Virus record (IMG/VR): IMGVR_UViG_3300020409_000013
DNA length: 64,000 nt
Source of the DNA: an uncultured virus (IMG/VR IMGVR_UViG_3300020409_000013)
Taxonomy: Duplodnaviria > Heunggongvirae > Uroviricota > Caudoviricetes > Kyanoviridae
Reading direction: 5' to 3' (one strand)
The first letter of the stretch is position 1. Each line of letters starts with the position of its first letter. Of the stretch, positions 18,729 to 27,014 are shown one piece after another. Made by a program: the position numbers and the translations under genes. The notes beneath the pieces were generated by a model that was given only the letters and a program-made list of their open reading frames with translations, made no database searches and was not told where the DNA came from.

Positions 18729-18857
18729 ATGCAAATTCCAACATACGATTTCCCACATTCACCTATTCTATGGTTAGGTTTTTTGGGTATTGCAGTAGCA
18801 TTAGTGACTGTTTACACAGTTAATAAAGCATACTTCAATTCGCCATTTAACAAATGA
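18729..18857 (+). CDS. Small single-pass membrane protein (42 aa)
   Basis: MQIPTYDFPHSPILWLGFLGIAVALVTVYTVNKAYFNSPFNK; first gene after the promoter, ATGA-coupled to the next gene. Confidence 0.6.
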   Translation: MQIPTYDFPHSPILWLGFLGIAVALVTVYTVNKAYFNSPFNK

Positions 18858-19339
18858 GGATTATTGATGATTTCGTCCCTAGTGTTATTCAACAAGAGAT
18901 TCATGATCTTTTATTGAGTGACACTTTTTCGTGGTCATACTGTCGTAGGATAGTATCAACTGACCCCGATTCGAGATCACAAATGGTGCATATGTTTTAT
19001 AATAATGGATTTCCACAATCTGACTTTTGTCAAGATAGGGCAATGCAACCATTATTGTATAACTTAAATGCATGTGCACTCATTAAGATTAAAGCAAACT
19101 TGCAATTACGCTCGCAAGTGCCCACGTCATCACACCCACATACAGATCACAAATTTCCTAACGCTTTAACTGGAATTTACTATGTTAATAGTAATGATGG
19201 TTATACGATGGTAGGAGACCAAAAAGTAGAGTCTGTTAAGGGTAGGATGGTTATATTTCCATCCGAGACAATTCACTATGGCACATCATCCACTCAGGAT
19301 AGATGTGTAATCAACTTTAATTACTTTCCCCAGTCATGA
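18854..19339 (+). CDS. Fe(II)/2OG oxygenase
   Basis: 'PHTDH...IYYVNSNDGYT...IFPSETIHYG...RCVINFNY'; paralogue of 11446..12120. Confidence 0.8.
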   Translation: MRIIDDFVPSVIQQEIHDLLLSDTFSWSYCRRIVSTDPDSRSQMVHMFYNNGFPQSDFCQDRAMQPLLYNLNACALIKIKANLQLRSQVPTSSHPHTDHKFPNALTGIYYVNSNDGYTMVGDQKVESVKGRMVIFPSETIHYGTSSTQDRCVINFNYFPQS

Positions 19340-19545
19340 ATACCATTGAATTCGCACTCTCATCAATGAGATACACCTACATGACAAATATTAAACGACA
19401 TGTAGATGACTCAAATATTGGTAATAGCGATGCTATTTTCAATGAATACATTATTAATAATGAAGATCCCGAGGATAGTAGTTACGAATGGATGTATCTA
19501 GAGGACTTAAATGCAGACAACAACAACCTACCACATTTACTTTAA
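19336..19545 (+). CDS. Hypothetical protein
   Basis: ATGA-coupled 69-aa ORF. Confidence 0.5.
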   Translation: MNTIEFALSSMRYTYMTNIKRHVDDSNIGNSDAIFNEYIINNEDPEDSSYEWMYLEDLNADNNNLPHLL

Positions 19546-19690
19546 AGGTCAAGTTATTTTTAAAAACTTAGATCAGGATGAATTCGATACCATATGGAAG
19601 AGAATTTATCGATCTTATCATACTGACGATATTTCATATTGCAGTATTCAAGATAACCCTATCGACCAATTAGAGGAAGCATCCTACTAA
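19511..19690 (+). CDS. Hypothetical protein (59 aa)
   Basis: MQTTTTYHIYFKGQVIFKNLDQDEF...EEASY; fills the gap before 19692. Confidence 0.55.
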   Translation: MQTTTTYHIYFKGQVIFKNLDQDEFDTIWKRIYRSYHTDDISYCSIQDNPIDQLEEASY

Positions 19691-19691
19691 A

Positions 19692-19934
19692 ATGAGACCA
19701 CTAACACAACATCAGTATGATGAGGTGAGACGATACTTCACTACTAAAGAGTGGAGATATATCCACGAATGTGTGGAGAGAGATCGACATGACTTCGGAA
19801 GTAATGAAGTCAGTAATAAAGCATTTAAAAAATTGATCAACTTGTTTCCTAGTAATTTTAAATGGGATTTGAGTGATGACGAAATGAATATAATTGAATC
19901 GTATTATAATGATGGATATACATGTGACATTTAA
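19692..19934 (+). CDS. Hypothetical protein
   Basis: 80-aa ORF ending inside the next promoter palindrome. Confidence 0.5.
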   Translation: MRPLTQHQYDEVRRYFTTKEWRYIHECVERDRHDFGSNEVSNKAFKKLINLFPSNFKWDLSDDEMNIIESYYNDGYTCDI

Positions 19935-19980
19935 TATTGTGTCACATAGTCTTGTGCTTTGCCCATACATGCTCTATAAT
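19923..19980 (+). promoter_or_regulatory. Early promoter element copy 4
   Basis: Perfect TGTGACA-N10-TGTCACA, TATAAT at 19975. Confidence 0.7.
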
Positions 19981-20003
19981 AGGATGTAATCACACAGAAT
20001 CAC

Positions 20004-20324
20004 ATGGAAGACCAACTAGCGATCATCAACTCACACCTAGATCTAAACGTCTCAACATATTGTGAGCATGTTTTCGTATCCGAGGATTATGTAGAGAATG
20101 ATCACGGTATCCAATTAAGTGCATTTACTATTACTGAAGATCTTAGTGGTGCACATGTAGGTGATTATAATGCTCACAAGTATAGAGTTAATGCTCGTAA
20201 GCAATTAGATAATGGTGTATTCATATACACTAAGATCGGTGGATATGATACTGTTTGTGAATGTAAAGAATTTATTGAAGGTTATATTAATCAAGTCCCC
20301 ACTAAACTAATCATGAATTACTAA
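20004..20324 (+). CDS. Hypothetical early protein
   Basis: First ORF after the promoter, with an A/C-rich leader. Confidence 0.6.
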   Translation: MEDQLAIINSHLDLNVSTYCEHVFVSEDYVENDHGIQLSAFTITEDLSGAHVGDYNAHKYRVNARKQLDNGVFIYTKIGGYDTVCECKEFIEGYINQVPTKLIMNY

Positions 20325-20461
20325 TGAGATACGCTCTAACCTTTTTTATTATCTTTTTCACAGTCAACTTCGGAATCAATGCAATTAAAAAATTCTCAAC
20401 AATCCAAGATCAAAAAACTGACCAGTTATGCCAAATTGATCAATCATACTGTAAACAATAA
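20324..20461 (+). CDS. Small membrane-anchored/secreted protein (45 aa)
   Basis: MRYALTFFIIFFTVNFGINAIKKF...LCQIDQSYCKQ; TAATG-coupled. Confidence 0.55.
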   Translation: MRYALTFFIIFFTVNFGINAIKKFSTIQDQKTDQLCQIDQSYCKQ

Positions 20462-20523
20462 TTATATTGATGCAGTAATCAATGGTAATGCTTACCTATG
20501 TAAAAGAGAAAGTCTATTGTCAG

Positions 20524-20582
20524 AGTGACAGTTTAATTAGTGGCACACGGTAACACACTACCGTGTGCTTTTTTGTTATTAT
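20524..20582 (+). promoter_or_regulatory. Early promoter element copy 5
   Basis: AGTGACA-N10-TGGCACA, CACTACCGT at 20556, TATTAT at 20577. Confidence 0.7.
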
Positions 20583-20603
20583 ATTAATAGTTAAACAAAT
20601 CAC

Positions 20604-20864
20604 ATGCACAACTTCAAAGAATTTCTTGATTATTGTGAATCATTCTATTCACCTGAGCATCCTGACTGTTTATATCCTATCGATGGATTAACAAGACAAG
20701 AGTTAGCACTTGCAACTCTCAACGTTTTAGATTTATGTGAAGAAGGCACTCATGTAACATGGGGTGGTGGTGATAGTCTAGACCGTGAGAGAGTGAGAGA
20801 TCAGGTTATCGAAGCAAGAGCAGTTGCTTACAACAATGCACTCAACATTATAGGAGTTAACTAA
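20604..20864 (+). CDS. Hypothetical early protein
   Basis: 'FLDYCESFY...GGGDSLDRERVRD'. Confidence 0.65.
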   Translation: MHNFKEFLDYCESFYSPEHPDCLYPIDGLTRQELALATLNVLDLCEEGTHVTWGGGDSLDRERVRDQVIEARAVAYNNALNIIGVN

Positions 20865-20865
20865 C

Positions 20866-21048
20866 ATGAATTTCACTCAAGAGGAAGCACTTTTAGATCA
20901 ATGTTATGACGAATGTTGGGAAGACTTTCGTAAAGAAAATGGTCTAACTGATGATCAATTATATGCTATGGAGCAAAATTCAAAACTAGGTTATTTGCCT
21001 GTTATTGCTGACGCAGCAGTCAAGAAATTTTGGGAGATTACATCATGA
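20866..21048 (+). CDS. Hypothetical small acidic protein
   Basis: Resembles 24958..25083 (both end 'FWEI'). Confidence 0.55.
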   Translation: MNFTQEEALLDQCYDECWEDFRKENGLTDDQLYAMEQNSKLGYLPVIADAAVKKFWEITS

Positions 21049-21209
21049 ATGACAATCAAATCAACTGGTTAAGTGACATTTATGTGCAGTATTGCACAGA
21101 TCACAATCTACCAATGTTAAGTGCTGATGAGCAAGATTTATCATCAATGTCAGTTGCAAATCGTGACTGGATTACAACATTTATTTCAATCTGGGAGGGA
21201 TTATCATGA
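21045..21209 (+). CDS. Hypothetical protein (54 aa)
   Basis: MNDNQINWLSDIYVQYC...; ATGA overlaps on both sides. Confidence 0.55.
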   Translation: MNDNQINWLSDIYVQYCTDHNLPMLSADEQDLSSMSVANRDWITTFISIWEGLS

Positions 21210-21478
21210 CTGTAAAAACTGGTGATTTACAAGAGATCAAAGAGGAATATGTAGAGTATATTATCACAACTATGAGTAACGAAGAATTGCTTAGAATTGC
21301 TAAAGATCAAGTTGAAAAAGAAATTAAATCAATGGACACAGAGCAATTCAAGAAATACACATTTAATAATTGTGATGAATACATCTATGAAGATCTTAAA
21401 GCATATGTAGAGGAAGATGACCCATCTAAAGCATATCAATTAATGCTAGAGATTATTGACGATAGGGAGTTAGCATAA
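21206..21478 (+). CDS. Hypothetical acidic protein
   Basis: Coupled 90-aa ORF. Confidence 0.55.
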   Translation: MTVKTGDLQEIKEEYVEYIITTMSNEELLRIAKDQVEKEIKSMDTEQFKKYTFNNCDEYIYEDLKAYVEEDDPSKAYQLMLEIIDDRELA

Positions 21479-21690
21479 TGTATAACTCAGTCAAAAACAT
21501 ATCAATAGGTGATATCGTATCATATAAGGGTGATACATACACAGTTTTAATTAACTACATTAAGGACGATACTGACAGAAAAGGATTTACACCTACTGAA
21601 AACTGGACAGTATTAATTGATGACAATGGAGACAGAAAGACCGTATATAATTATAAAGAATTAAAACTTATTCAATCAATTCAATGCTAG
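21478..21690 (+). CDS. Hypothetical protein
   Basis: TAATG-coupled 70-aa ORF. Confidence 0.55.
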   Translation: MYNSVKNISIGDIVSYKGDTYTVLINYIKDDTDRKGFTPTENWTVLIDDNGDRKTVYNYKELKLIQSIQC

Positions 21691-21758
21691 TAATCACTAT
21701 TCTCGTTATTATCTTTATTCTCTTTTTAATGCTCAACTATTACAACCCACATCACTAA
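21684..21758 (+). CDS. Tiny membrane peptide (24 aa)
   Basis: MLVITILVIIFILFLMLNYYNPHH fills the gap between neighbouring genes. Confidence 0.45.
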   Translation: MLVITILVIIFILFLMLNYYNPHH

Positions 21759-21760
21759 CT

Positions 21761-21973
21761 ATGAAAGAAATTACCTACTGTTTCAAAATTCAAGCAGGCA
21801 ACGATGCTGAGATCAATCCATTTCACTTAGCAGAAGAAATACAGGCATATCTTGATAGTCATGCATCGTATTATAATAGAGTAAAAGATGAATATGAAAC
21901 ACCTAGAGTAATAGGTTATAATGTTAAACTTGATGAGTTTACACCTACACATTTTCCCCAACTTAAAGAATGA
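21761..21973 (+). CDS. Hypothetical protein
   Basis: 70-aa ORF, ATGA-coupled to the MTase. Confidence 0.55.
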   Translation: MKEITYCFKIQAGNDAEINPFHLAEEIQAYLDSHASYYNRVKDEYETPRVIGYNVKLDEFTPTHFPQLKE

Positions 21974-22887
21974 TCGACCGTAATACTATTGTCTATGGTG
22001 ACGTAAGAGAAACACTTCCAAATCTTTGGATGCATAAGGCACAAATGTGTGTAACATCACCGCCTTATTATGGACTCAGGGATTATGGTGGAGAAGAGAA
22101 TCAAGTAGGTCAGGAAGAAACACCAGAAGAATATATTAAAAATATGGTGGAGATCTTTCGCTTAGTAAGAGATAATTTACAGGATGATGGCACACTATGG
22201 TTAAACATAGGAGATAGTTATTATAATTATCGTCCTGGAAAAGGTCAGTCATATCCTAAACAATCAGTAAGTAAGACTAAGCAAGATTTACCTGATAAAT
22301 GTAATAAACGTGGTAATAAGTTAGAGGGATTAAAAGAAAAGGATTTAATCGGTATTCCGTGGATGTTAGCGTTTGCATTACGTCAGGATGGATGGTATCT
22401 AAGGCAAGATATTATTTGGCATAAACCTAACCCGATGCCCGAATCCGTGAGAGATAGATGCACTAAAGCACATGAGTATATTTTCTTATTCAGTAAGAAT
22501 AAGAAATATTTTTATGACAATGAAGCAATTAAGGAAGATGCTAAAGACTGGGGAGTGAGAGATAGAAGTAAAGGAAAGTATCATAATAAAGGCACAGGAT
22601 TAAGTCCCCATACTGGACTAACTAAATCTTATCCTAAGAAAAATAAGCGATCTGTATGGTCAGTAACTAATAAACCATATAAAGGAAGTCATTTTGCAGT
22701 ATTTCCGCCTGATCTCATTCAACCGTGTATTTTAGCAGGGAGTAGAGTAGGTGACCTAATTTTAGATCCATTTATGGGATCAGGGACTACCGCAATGGTA
22801 AGTAAGCAATTAGGACGTGATTATATTGGATGTGAGTTACATTCAGAATATAAGGAATTAATCGACAAACGTATTAATAGTGTGTGA
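21970..22887 (+). CDS. Beta-class amino-DNA methyltransferase (N4-C/N6-A), orphan
   Basis: 'VTSPPYYGLRDY', 'IIWHKPNPMPES', 'HFAVFP', 'LDPFMGSGTT'. Confidence 0.92.
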   Translation: MIDRNTIVYGDVRETLPNLWMHKAQMCVTSPPYYGLRDYGGEENQVGQEETPEEYIKNMVEIFRLVRDNLQDDGTLWLNIGDSYYNYRPGKGQSYPKQSVSKTKQDLPDKCNKRGNKLEGLKEKDLIGIPWMLAFALRQDGWYLRQDIIWHKPNPMPESVRDRCTKAHEYIFLFSKNKKYFYDNEAIKEDAKDWGVRDRSKGKYHNKGTGLSPHTGLTKSYPKKNKRSVWSVTNKPYKGSHFAVFPPDLIQPCILAGSRVGDLILDPFMGSGTTAMVSKQLGRDYIGCELHSEYKELIDKRINSV

Positions 22888-22941
22888 CAGTTGCATTAGT
22901 GTCACATATAAACTACCTACCGTGTTTTTATTGATTATAAT
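22883..22941 (+). promoter_or_regulatory. Early promoter element copy 6
   Basis: TGTGACA-N10-TGTCACA (contains the MTase TGA stop), CTACCGT, TATAAT at 22936. Confidence 0.75.
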
Positions 22942-22966
22942 GATTATATAATCATAAATTACTCAC

Positions 22967-23374
22967 ATGGACATCTATCAAACAAGAGTATTACAGGCAA
23001 TCAAACAGAGAGAAAGCACATCACTTAAAAATGATGTAATGATTCACAACTCATATCAAACAGATAACTGTTTTACTAGCAATGTTTATGTTGGTAGTCA
23101 GCACATCGCTACAGTTTACTATACTCACGATATAAACGATTTAAGTAGAAATAGCAATGGTGGGACATTAACTTACAACAAATTTGATCACAGTAGTGGT
23201 AGTTTTGTTGATGCTATTCGTAACGACTCATGGGAGATAGATGAAATTTCATTCAATGAGAGAGCGATCGCTAGATGCCTAGGCACCCAAGCAGTAAGAT
23301 ATAGAAATTTTCTAATCAAACAGTTTGGTGAGCAAACTTCAATAGTTAGAGAATACTACGAGGTGAGCAAGTAA
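22967..23374 (+). CDS. Hypothetical early protein
   Basis: N-terminus resembles 25554..25871 ('VYVGSQHIATV' vs 'VYLHGNHIATV'). Confidence 0.6.
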   Translation: MDIYQTRVLQAIKQRESTSLKNDVMIHNSYQTDNCFTSNVYVGSQHIATVYYTHDINDLSRNSNGGTLTYNKFDHSSGSFVDAIRNDSWEIDEISFNERAIARCLGTQAVRYRNFLIKQFGEQTSIVREYYEVSK

Positions 23375-23652
23375 TGCCTACTAACATACCATTAAGGGAA
23401 AAGCATAACTTTTCCCCTACACCTTACGGTTTTACAAATAGCGATGATTTCGGCATGTGTTTTTGGTTAGATAGCGATGGCGATTTCAGATATGCACCAC
23501 AATTTAAGAATGGTCAACCAGATATAGAGAGAGTTGGATATGTTGCTGAGTGGGATGACTTCAGCGATGTAGATATGTTTAAATTGTTTAAAATCCACGA
23601 AGGATTAATAGACTTTAAGCATAAAGTAGAAGAAGAATATCCAAACATGTGA
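23374..23652 (+). CDS. Hypothetical protein
   Basis: TAATG-coupled; its stop lies within the next palindrome. Confidence 0.6.
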   Translation: MPTNIPLREKHNFSPTPYGFTNSDDFGMCFWLDSDGDFRYAPQFKNGQPDIERVGYVAEWDDFSDVDMFKLFKIHEGLIDFKHKVEEEYPNM

Positions 23653-23706
23653 CAGTTATATTAGTGTCACATAAGAATACACTACCGTGTTTTTAGTGAC
23701 TATAAT
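23648..23706 (+). promoter_or_regulatory. Early promoter element copy 7
   Basis: TGTGACAGTTATATTAGTGTCACATAAGAATACACTACCGT, TATAAT at 23701. Confidence 0.75.
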
Positions 23707-23734
23707 ATTAATATAATCATTCAATCAAACTTAC

Positions 23735-23905
23735 ATGGATTACACAGCAAACGAAATTTCACTCTTAGATCTCATCAAAGACATTAACAACACATTTTAT
23801 TATGTTGGCGAAGAGAATGACAATATCGATGATATTGATTTAAAAACACTTGATGAGATAGTCGCAAGATTCAAGAGACAAGTATATGTTAACCAACTAC
23901 CATAG
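23735..23905 (+). CDS. Hypothetical protein (56 aa)
   Basis: MDYTANEISLLDLIKDINNTFYYVGEE...; first ORF after the promoter. Confidence 0.55.
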   Translation: MDYTANEISLLDLIKDINNTFYYVGEENDNIDDIDLKTLDEIVARFKRQVYVNQLP

Positions 23906-23917
23906 GAGGTTAACATA

Positions 23918-24148
23918 ATGAAGACAATTACTAAAAACATCAACATCAATCGCAATGAGCACTACCAGATCGATTTTTTGGTAGATGATGCATTTACAAG
24001 AAAAGAGTGGGATGCACTTACTGACGAGAAACTCAACTCACTAGAGTATCGTAAGAAAGTAGCAAATTTAATACTTAATGGTGATGTATTCATGAGACCA
24101 GTTGAATTAGACTTTATTCCAGATCATGAGTTAGACCTATGGGGATGA
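23918..24148 (+). CDS. Hypothetical protein
   Basis: GGAGG Shine-Dalgarno upstream; 76 aa. Confidence 0.6.
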   Translation: MKTITKNININRNEHYQIDFLVDDAFTRKEWDALTDEKLNSLEYRKKVANLILNGDVFMRPVELDFIPDHELDLWG

Positions 24149-24357
24149 AGATTTACCACGTTACAGACATCGATCTCTACCTAAGTGAAGTTGGAGACGG
24201 AGACCCAGATTTGCAATATACACCCCAAGAGGAGTATGTAATGCACCAAAGATGTCTAGGTAGATGGAAAGCAAAAAACGAAGATGACCTAAGAAATCAA
24301 ATATTTGATTTTATTGGTTATCATGCTGAATCAATTACCTATAAAGTCAATGGGTAA
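24145..24357 (+). CDS. Hypothetical protein
   Basis: ATGA-coupled start within the 24139..24357 ORF. Confidence 0.55.
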   Translation: MKIYHVTDIDLYLSEVGDGDPDLQYTPQEEYVMHQRCLGRWKAKNEDDLRNQIFDFIGYHAESITYKVNG

Positions 24358-24416
24358 TGTGACAGTTTTATTAGTGTCACATAAGAATACACTACCACAC
24401 ATTTATCCATTATAAT
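24358..24416 (+). promoter_or_regulatory. Early promoter element copy 8
   Basis: TGTGACAGTTTTATTAGTGTCACATAAGAATACACTACC (1 mismatch in 39 nt vs copy 7), TATAAT at 24411. Confidence 0.75.
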
Positions 24417-24438
24417 AAGAGTAATTAAACAAACAAAC

Positions 24439-24912
24439 ATGACTCAAACTAAAGTAATCGGCGAATCAGTCAAAAAGACTAATAAGGCATTCGTTAAGTC
24501 TTATACTCAAGGTTATTGCGATGCACTTACTGAGAATCTAAAACTTTATACTATCGCAATGTATAAGCGTCCAACATTCGGCGGAGAAGTGAGATCTACA
24601 CCATCTCAATATCAACTTGATAGACTTGCTGAGATCGAAAACGGCACAGCAAACTTAGACGTTTTCAAAGCAATCGAAGGTAAGAAGTATTACAAAGTTG
24701 TTTCATGTGAGTGGTCAGAGGACAAACAAGAGTATAGAGAGAGATCAGTTGTTACATTCATCGATAAAAATACTGGTGACGTGTATAAACCTGCATCATG
24801 GAGATCACCCGCTAAGCATGTAAGATACACTTTTCAGAATCCTGATCACATCAAATTTCTACTAGACCCTAACAAAGTTGACTGGGCAGGCGGACACCTC
24901 TACATGAGGTAA
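24439..24912 (+). CDS. Conserved hypothetical phage protein
   Basis: 'GKKYYKVV...FIDKNTGDVYKPASWRSPAKHVRY...WAGGHLY' motif familiar from T4-like marine phages. Confidence 0.65.
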   Translation: MTQTKVIGESVKKTNKAFVKSYTQGYCDALTENLKLYTIAMYKRPTFGGEVRSTPSQYQLDRLAEIENGTANLDVFKAIEGKKYYKVVSCEWSEDKQEYRERSVVTFIDKNTGDVYKPASWRSPAKHVRYTFQNPDHIKFLLDPNKVDWAGGHLYMR

Positions 24913-24957
24913 CCGCCACTATATTAACCTTATTCACATTATTCCAGGAATTTTATT

Positions 24958-25083
24958 ATGAGTTGTCAAGCAAACACCGATCTAATTGAAGCACTATATG
25001 AGGAAGCACTTGTTGAAGTGCATGGTGATGAGCAGAAAGCGGAGGAGATCGCAAACATTCGTTTTTGGGAGATCGCACAGTAA
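24958..25083 (+). CDS. Hypothetical protein (41 aa)
   Basis: MSCQANTDLIEALYEEAL...FWEIAQ. Confidence 0.5.
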   Translation: MSCQANTDLIEALYEEALVEVHGDEQKAEEIANIRFWEIAQ

Positions 25084-25217
25084 TGAGCACATTAACAGAC
25101 AATGAAATGCAGTTATTAATCGATCTAGTTGATTCAAGACTAGAGAGACAATATAATGAAGACTATCAAAACATTCTAGACAAATTGACTCAATTACAAT
25201 GGAGGACACTAAAGTGA
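25083..25217 (+). CDS. Hypothetical protein (44 aa)
   Basis: MSTLTDNEMQLLIDLVDSRL...; TAATG-coupled. Confidence 0.5.
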   Translation: MSTLTDNEMQLLIDLVDSRLERQYNEDYQNILDKLTQLQWRTLK

Positions 25218-25354
25218 ATTTATTCCCGATTACATTTGATGAGCAATATGAAATCATCAAATTATATGATATCCTTAGGGATATGGATTTTGAATTGACA
25301 CCACTACAACAATCAGTATTTGACAAGATACTCAACTCAGAGTATAATGACTAA
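25214..25354 (+). CDS. Hypothetical protein (46 aa, GTG start)
   Basis: GTGA overlap; ...EIIKLYDILRDMDFELTPLQQSVFDKI... Confidence 0.45.
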   Translation: MNLFPITFDEQYEIIKLYDILRDMDFELTPLQQSVFDKILNSEYND

Positions 25355-25459
25355 TATGGAAGACATTTTTTCAAATCTCACTTCAGAGTTAGACAAGTTG
25401 ACTATTCGCAAGTCTAACGCTAAACCCTACACTATTCCGCAACCATCCGCACCTAGGGT

Positions 25460-25518
25460 TGTGCCACTTGCGGAAGTGGTACACATTCGCACACTACCGT
25501 CGAATTAACCACTATAAT
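25460..25518 (+). promoter_or_regulatory. Early promoter element copy 9
   Basis: TGTGCCA-N10-TGGTACA, CACTACCGT at 25492, TATAAT at 25513. Confidence 0.7.
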
Positions 25519-25553
25519 ATTAGTATAACAAACAAACACGGAGACCACACCAC

Positions 25554-25871
25554 ATGAGAAAGATCGAAAGAGAAATGAATTCAGCAATCCGCAACCGCAG
25601 AAACTTCTCATCATCTAATACTATGGTTAGGTGTGGATGGGAAGGCGAAGTTGATGTTTACTTGCATGGTAATCACATCGCTACAGTTAAGGATAACTCA
25701 ATCATTATTAAAGATGGTGGTTGGCAGTCAAACACAACTAAGTCACGTTTAAATGCACTTCTTGATGAATTCTCTTATGGCACTCGTGTTTTTCAGAAAA
25801 ACTTTGAGTGGTTTGTAGGTTATAAGAATGTAACCGAGGAATTCGTAAGCGGTATGGAGTTAGCACTCTAA
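25554..25871 (+). CDS. Conserved hypothetical early protein
   Basis: 'MRKIEREMNSAI...LHGNHIA...GGWQSNTTKSRLNALL'. Confidence 0.7.
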   Translation: MRKIEREMNSAIRNRRNFSSSNTMVRCGWEGEVDVYLHGNHIATVKDNSIIIKDGGWQSNTTKSRLNALLDEFSYGTRVFQKNFEWFVGYKNVTEEFVSGMELAL

Positions 25872-25973
25872 TCGCTTCCAATATGGGTTAATTAGGTCAT
25901 TATTATTATTAAAGGTTAGATAACGCAACTCGCCACCACTCTACCGCCCAAACAACTAAATAACTCACACGAC

Positions 25974-25995
25974 AGGGATCTAACGATCCCTTTTT
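25974..25995 (+). terminator. Intrinsic terminator
   Basis: AGGGATC-taac-GATCCCT followed by TTTT. Confidence 0.6.
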
Positions 25996-26007
25996 CCTGT
26001 TTTCACT

Positions 26008-26640
26008 ATGACACAATCACCATTAAGCGATAATTTAGATAATGCAGTAACTAACGAGGTTTACGCACTTTTTGCCCTACCAGTTGGTCGGTATGCTTTC
26101 CCAAATTTCCCCACTATTAAAAAACAGATATTCAAGTGGATAGAAACACAGGATATTAGACCAGAGCATGATCGCAACGCAATTACTCATAATGTTTCAC
26201 AAATAGGTAAGAGAAACACAATTCTAGAAGACAATGCGAGCGTCGCCGATTTTTTGCTAGACAAGTGTAGAGAATACAATAAGGAAGCATACAACTATGA
26301 CCTAGATTTTGCAATTTCAGACTGTTATCTAGAATTAGCAACTAAGGGAGCATTGTATGCACCACATGAGCATTCTAATTGTATCTACTCGGCAACCCTA
26401 TTAATCAATTACATCGATGGGCATTCACCTCTAAAGTTTAGGAGAAATGTAGCAGGGAGTTATTATCCTGTTATGCAATTCCCCAATAAGGATTATACAG
26501 CATTTAATATGACTGAAGCAACCGTGCCTATGAATGAAGGAGATCTTATCATCTATCCGTCAAGTATGACACATGGGTATGAGGGTAACCCCTACGACGA
26601 TCGTGTAACAATGACAGTTAATTTTATCCCTAATAAATGA
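26008..26640 (+). CDS. TIGR02466-like putative Fe(II)/2OG oxygenase
   Basis: 'PHEHSNC...EGDLIIYPSSMTHGY...RVTMTVNFIP'. Confidence 0.75.
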   Translation: MTQSPLSDNLDNAVTNEVYALFALPVGRYAFPNFPTIKKQIFKWIETQDIRPEHDRNAITHNVSQIGKRNTILEDNASVADFLLDKCREYNKEAYNYDLDFAISDCYLELATKGALYAPHEHSNCIYSATLLINYIDGHSPLKFRRNVAGSYYPVMQFPNKDYTAFNMTEATVPMNEGDLIIYPSSMTHGYEGNPYDDRVTMTVNFIPNK

Positions 26641-26763
26641 CACTTTTTGCCCACCTATGCCAGTTTTTGACAATTCTGTAAATGTATAAAAAAACATACT
26701 TAAGTGCTTTATACACCGTTGGCTTAGAGCGTAACACATCGAGATTTTTTTGTCAAGCATACA

Positions 26764-26822
26764 CAGGACACTCACAAAACCTGCACAGGGGAGTTGACTT
26801 ATATGGGCAAAACCCTTATAAT
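26764..26822 (+). promoter_or_regulatory. Early promoter element copy 10, with canonical -35
   Basis: CAGGACA-N10-CTGCACA; TTGACT (26794), 17 nt spacer, TATAAT (26817). Confidence 0.65.
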
Positions 26823-26864
26823 TACTAGGTAACATCAAATTAGGATGACTGAATGAATTAATGC

Positions 26865-27014
26865 ATGGGACGGACATACAAACGTAATGACCCACACAAT
26901 TCAAACAAACCTAAGACACTACGAGAGAAACGCCTATGGAATAGCAAACAAAAGCATGACCCTATGAAGGATAAACATCCGCAACAATCCGCACACTATG
27001 AGGATGAGACATGA
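26865..27014 (+). CDS. Small basic hypothetical protein (49 aa)
   Basis: MGRTYKRNDPHNSNKPKTLREKR... Confidence 0.5.
   Translation: MGRTYKRNDPHNSNKPKTLREKRLWNSKQKHDPMKDKHPQQSAHYEDET

Noticed and set aside
18729..18857. Photosystem small subunit or hli gene
   Set aside because: No ExxNGRxAM motif or recognisable Psb/Pet signature, so it is left as an unknown membrane peptide.
22883..22906. TGTGA...TCACA as a CRP site or NtcA box
   Set aside because: Half-sites are 14 nt apart rather than 6, and the sequence does not match GTA-N8-TAC.
19923..25518. Repeated palindromes as a CRISPR array or integron attC sites
   Set aside because: Spacing is irregular (0.6-2.4 kb) with whole genes between copies, each copy is tied to a -10 box, and there is no cas or integrase gene in the window.
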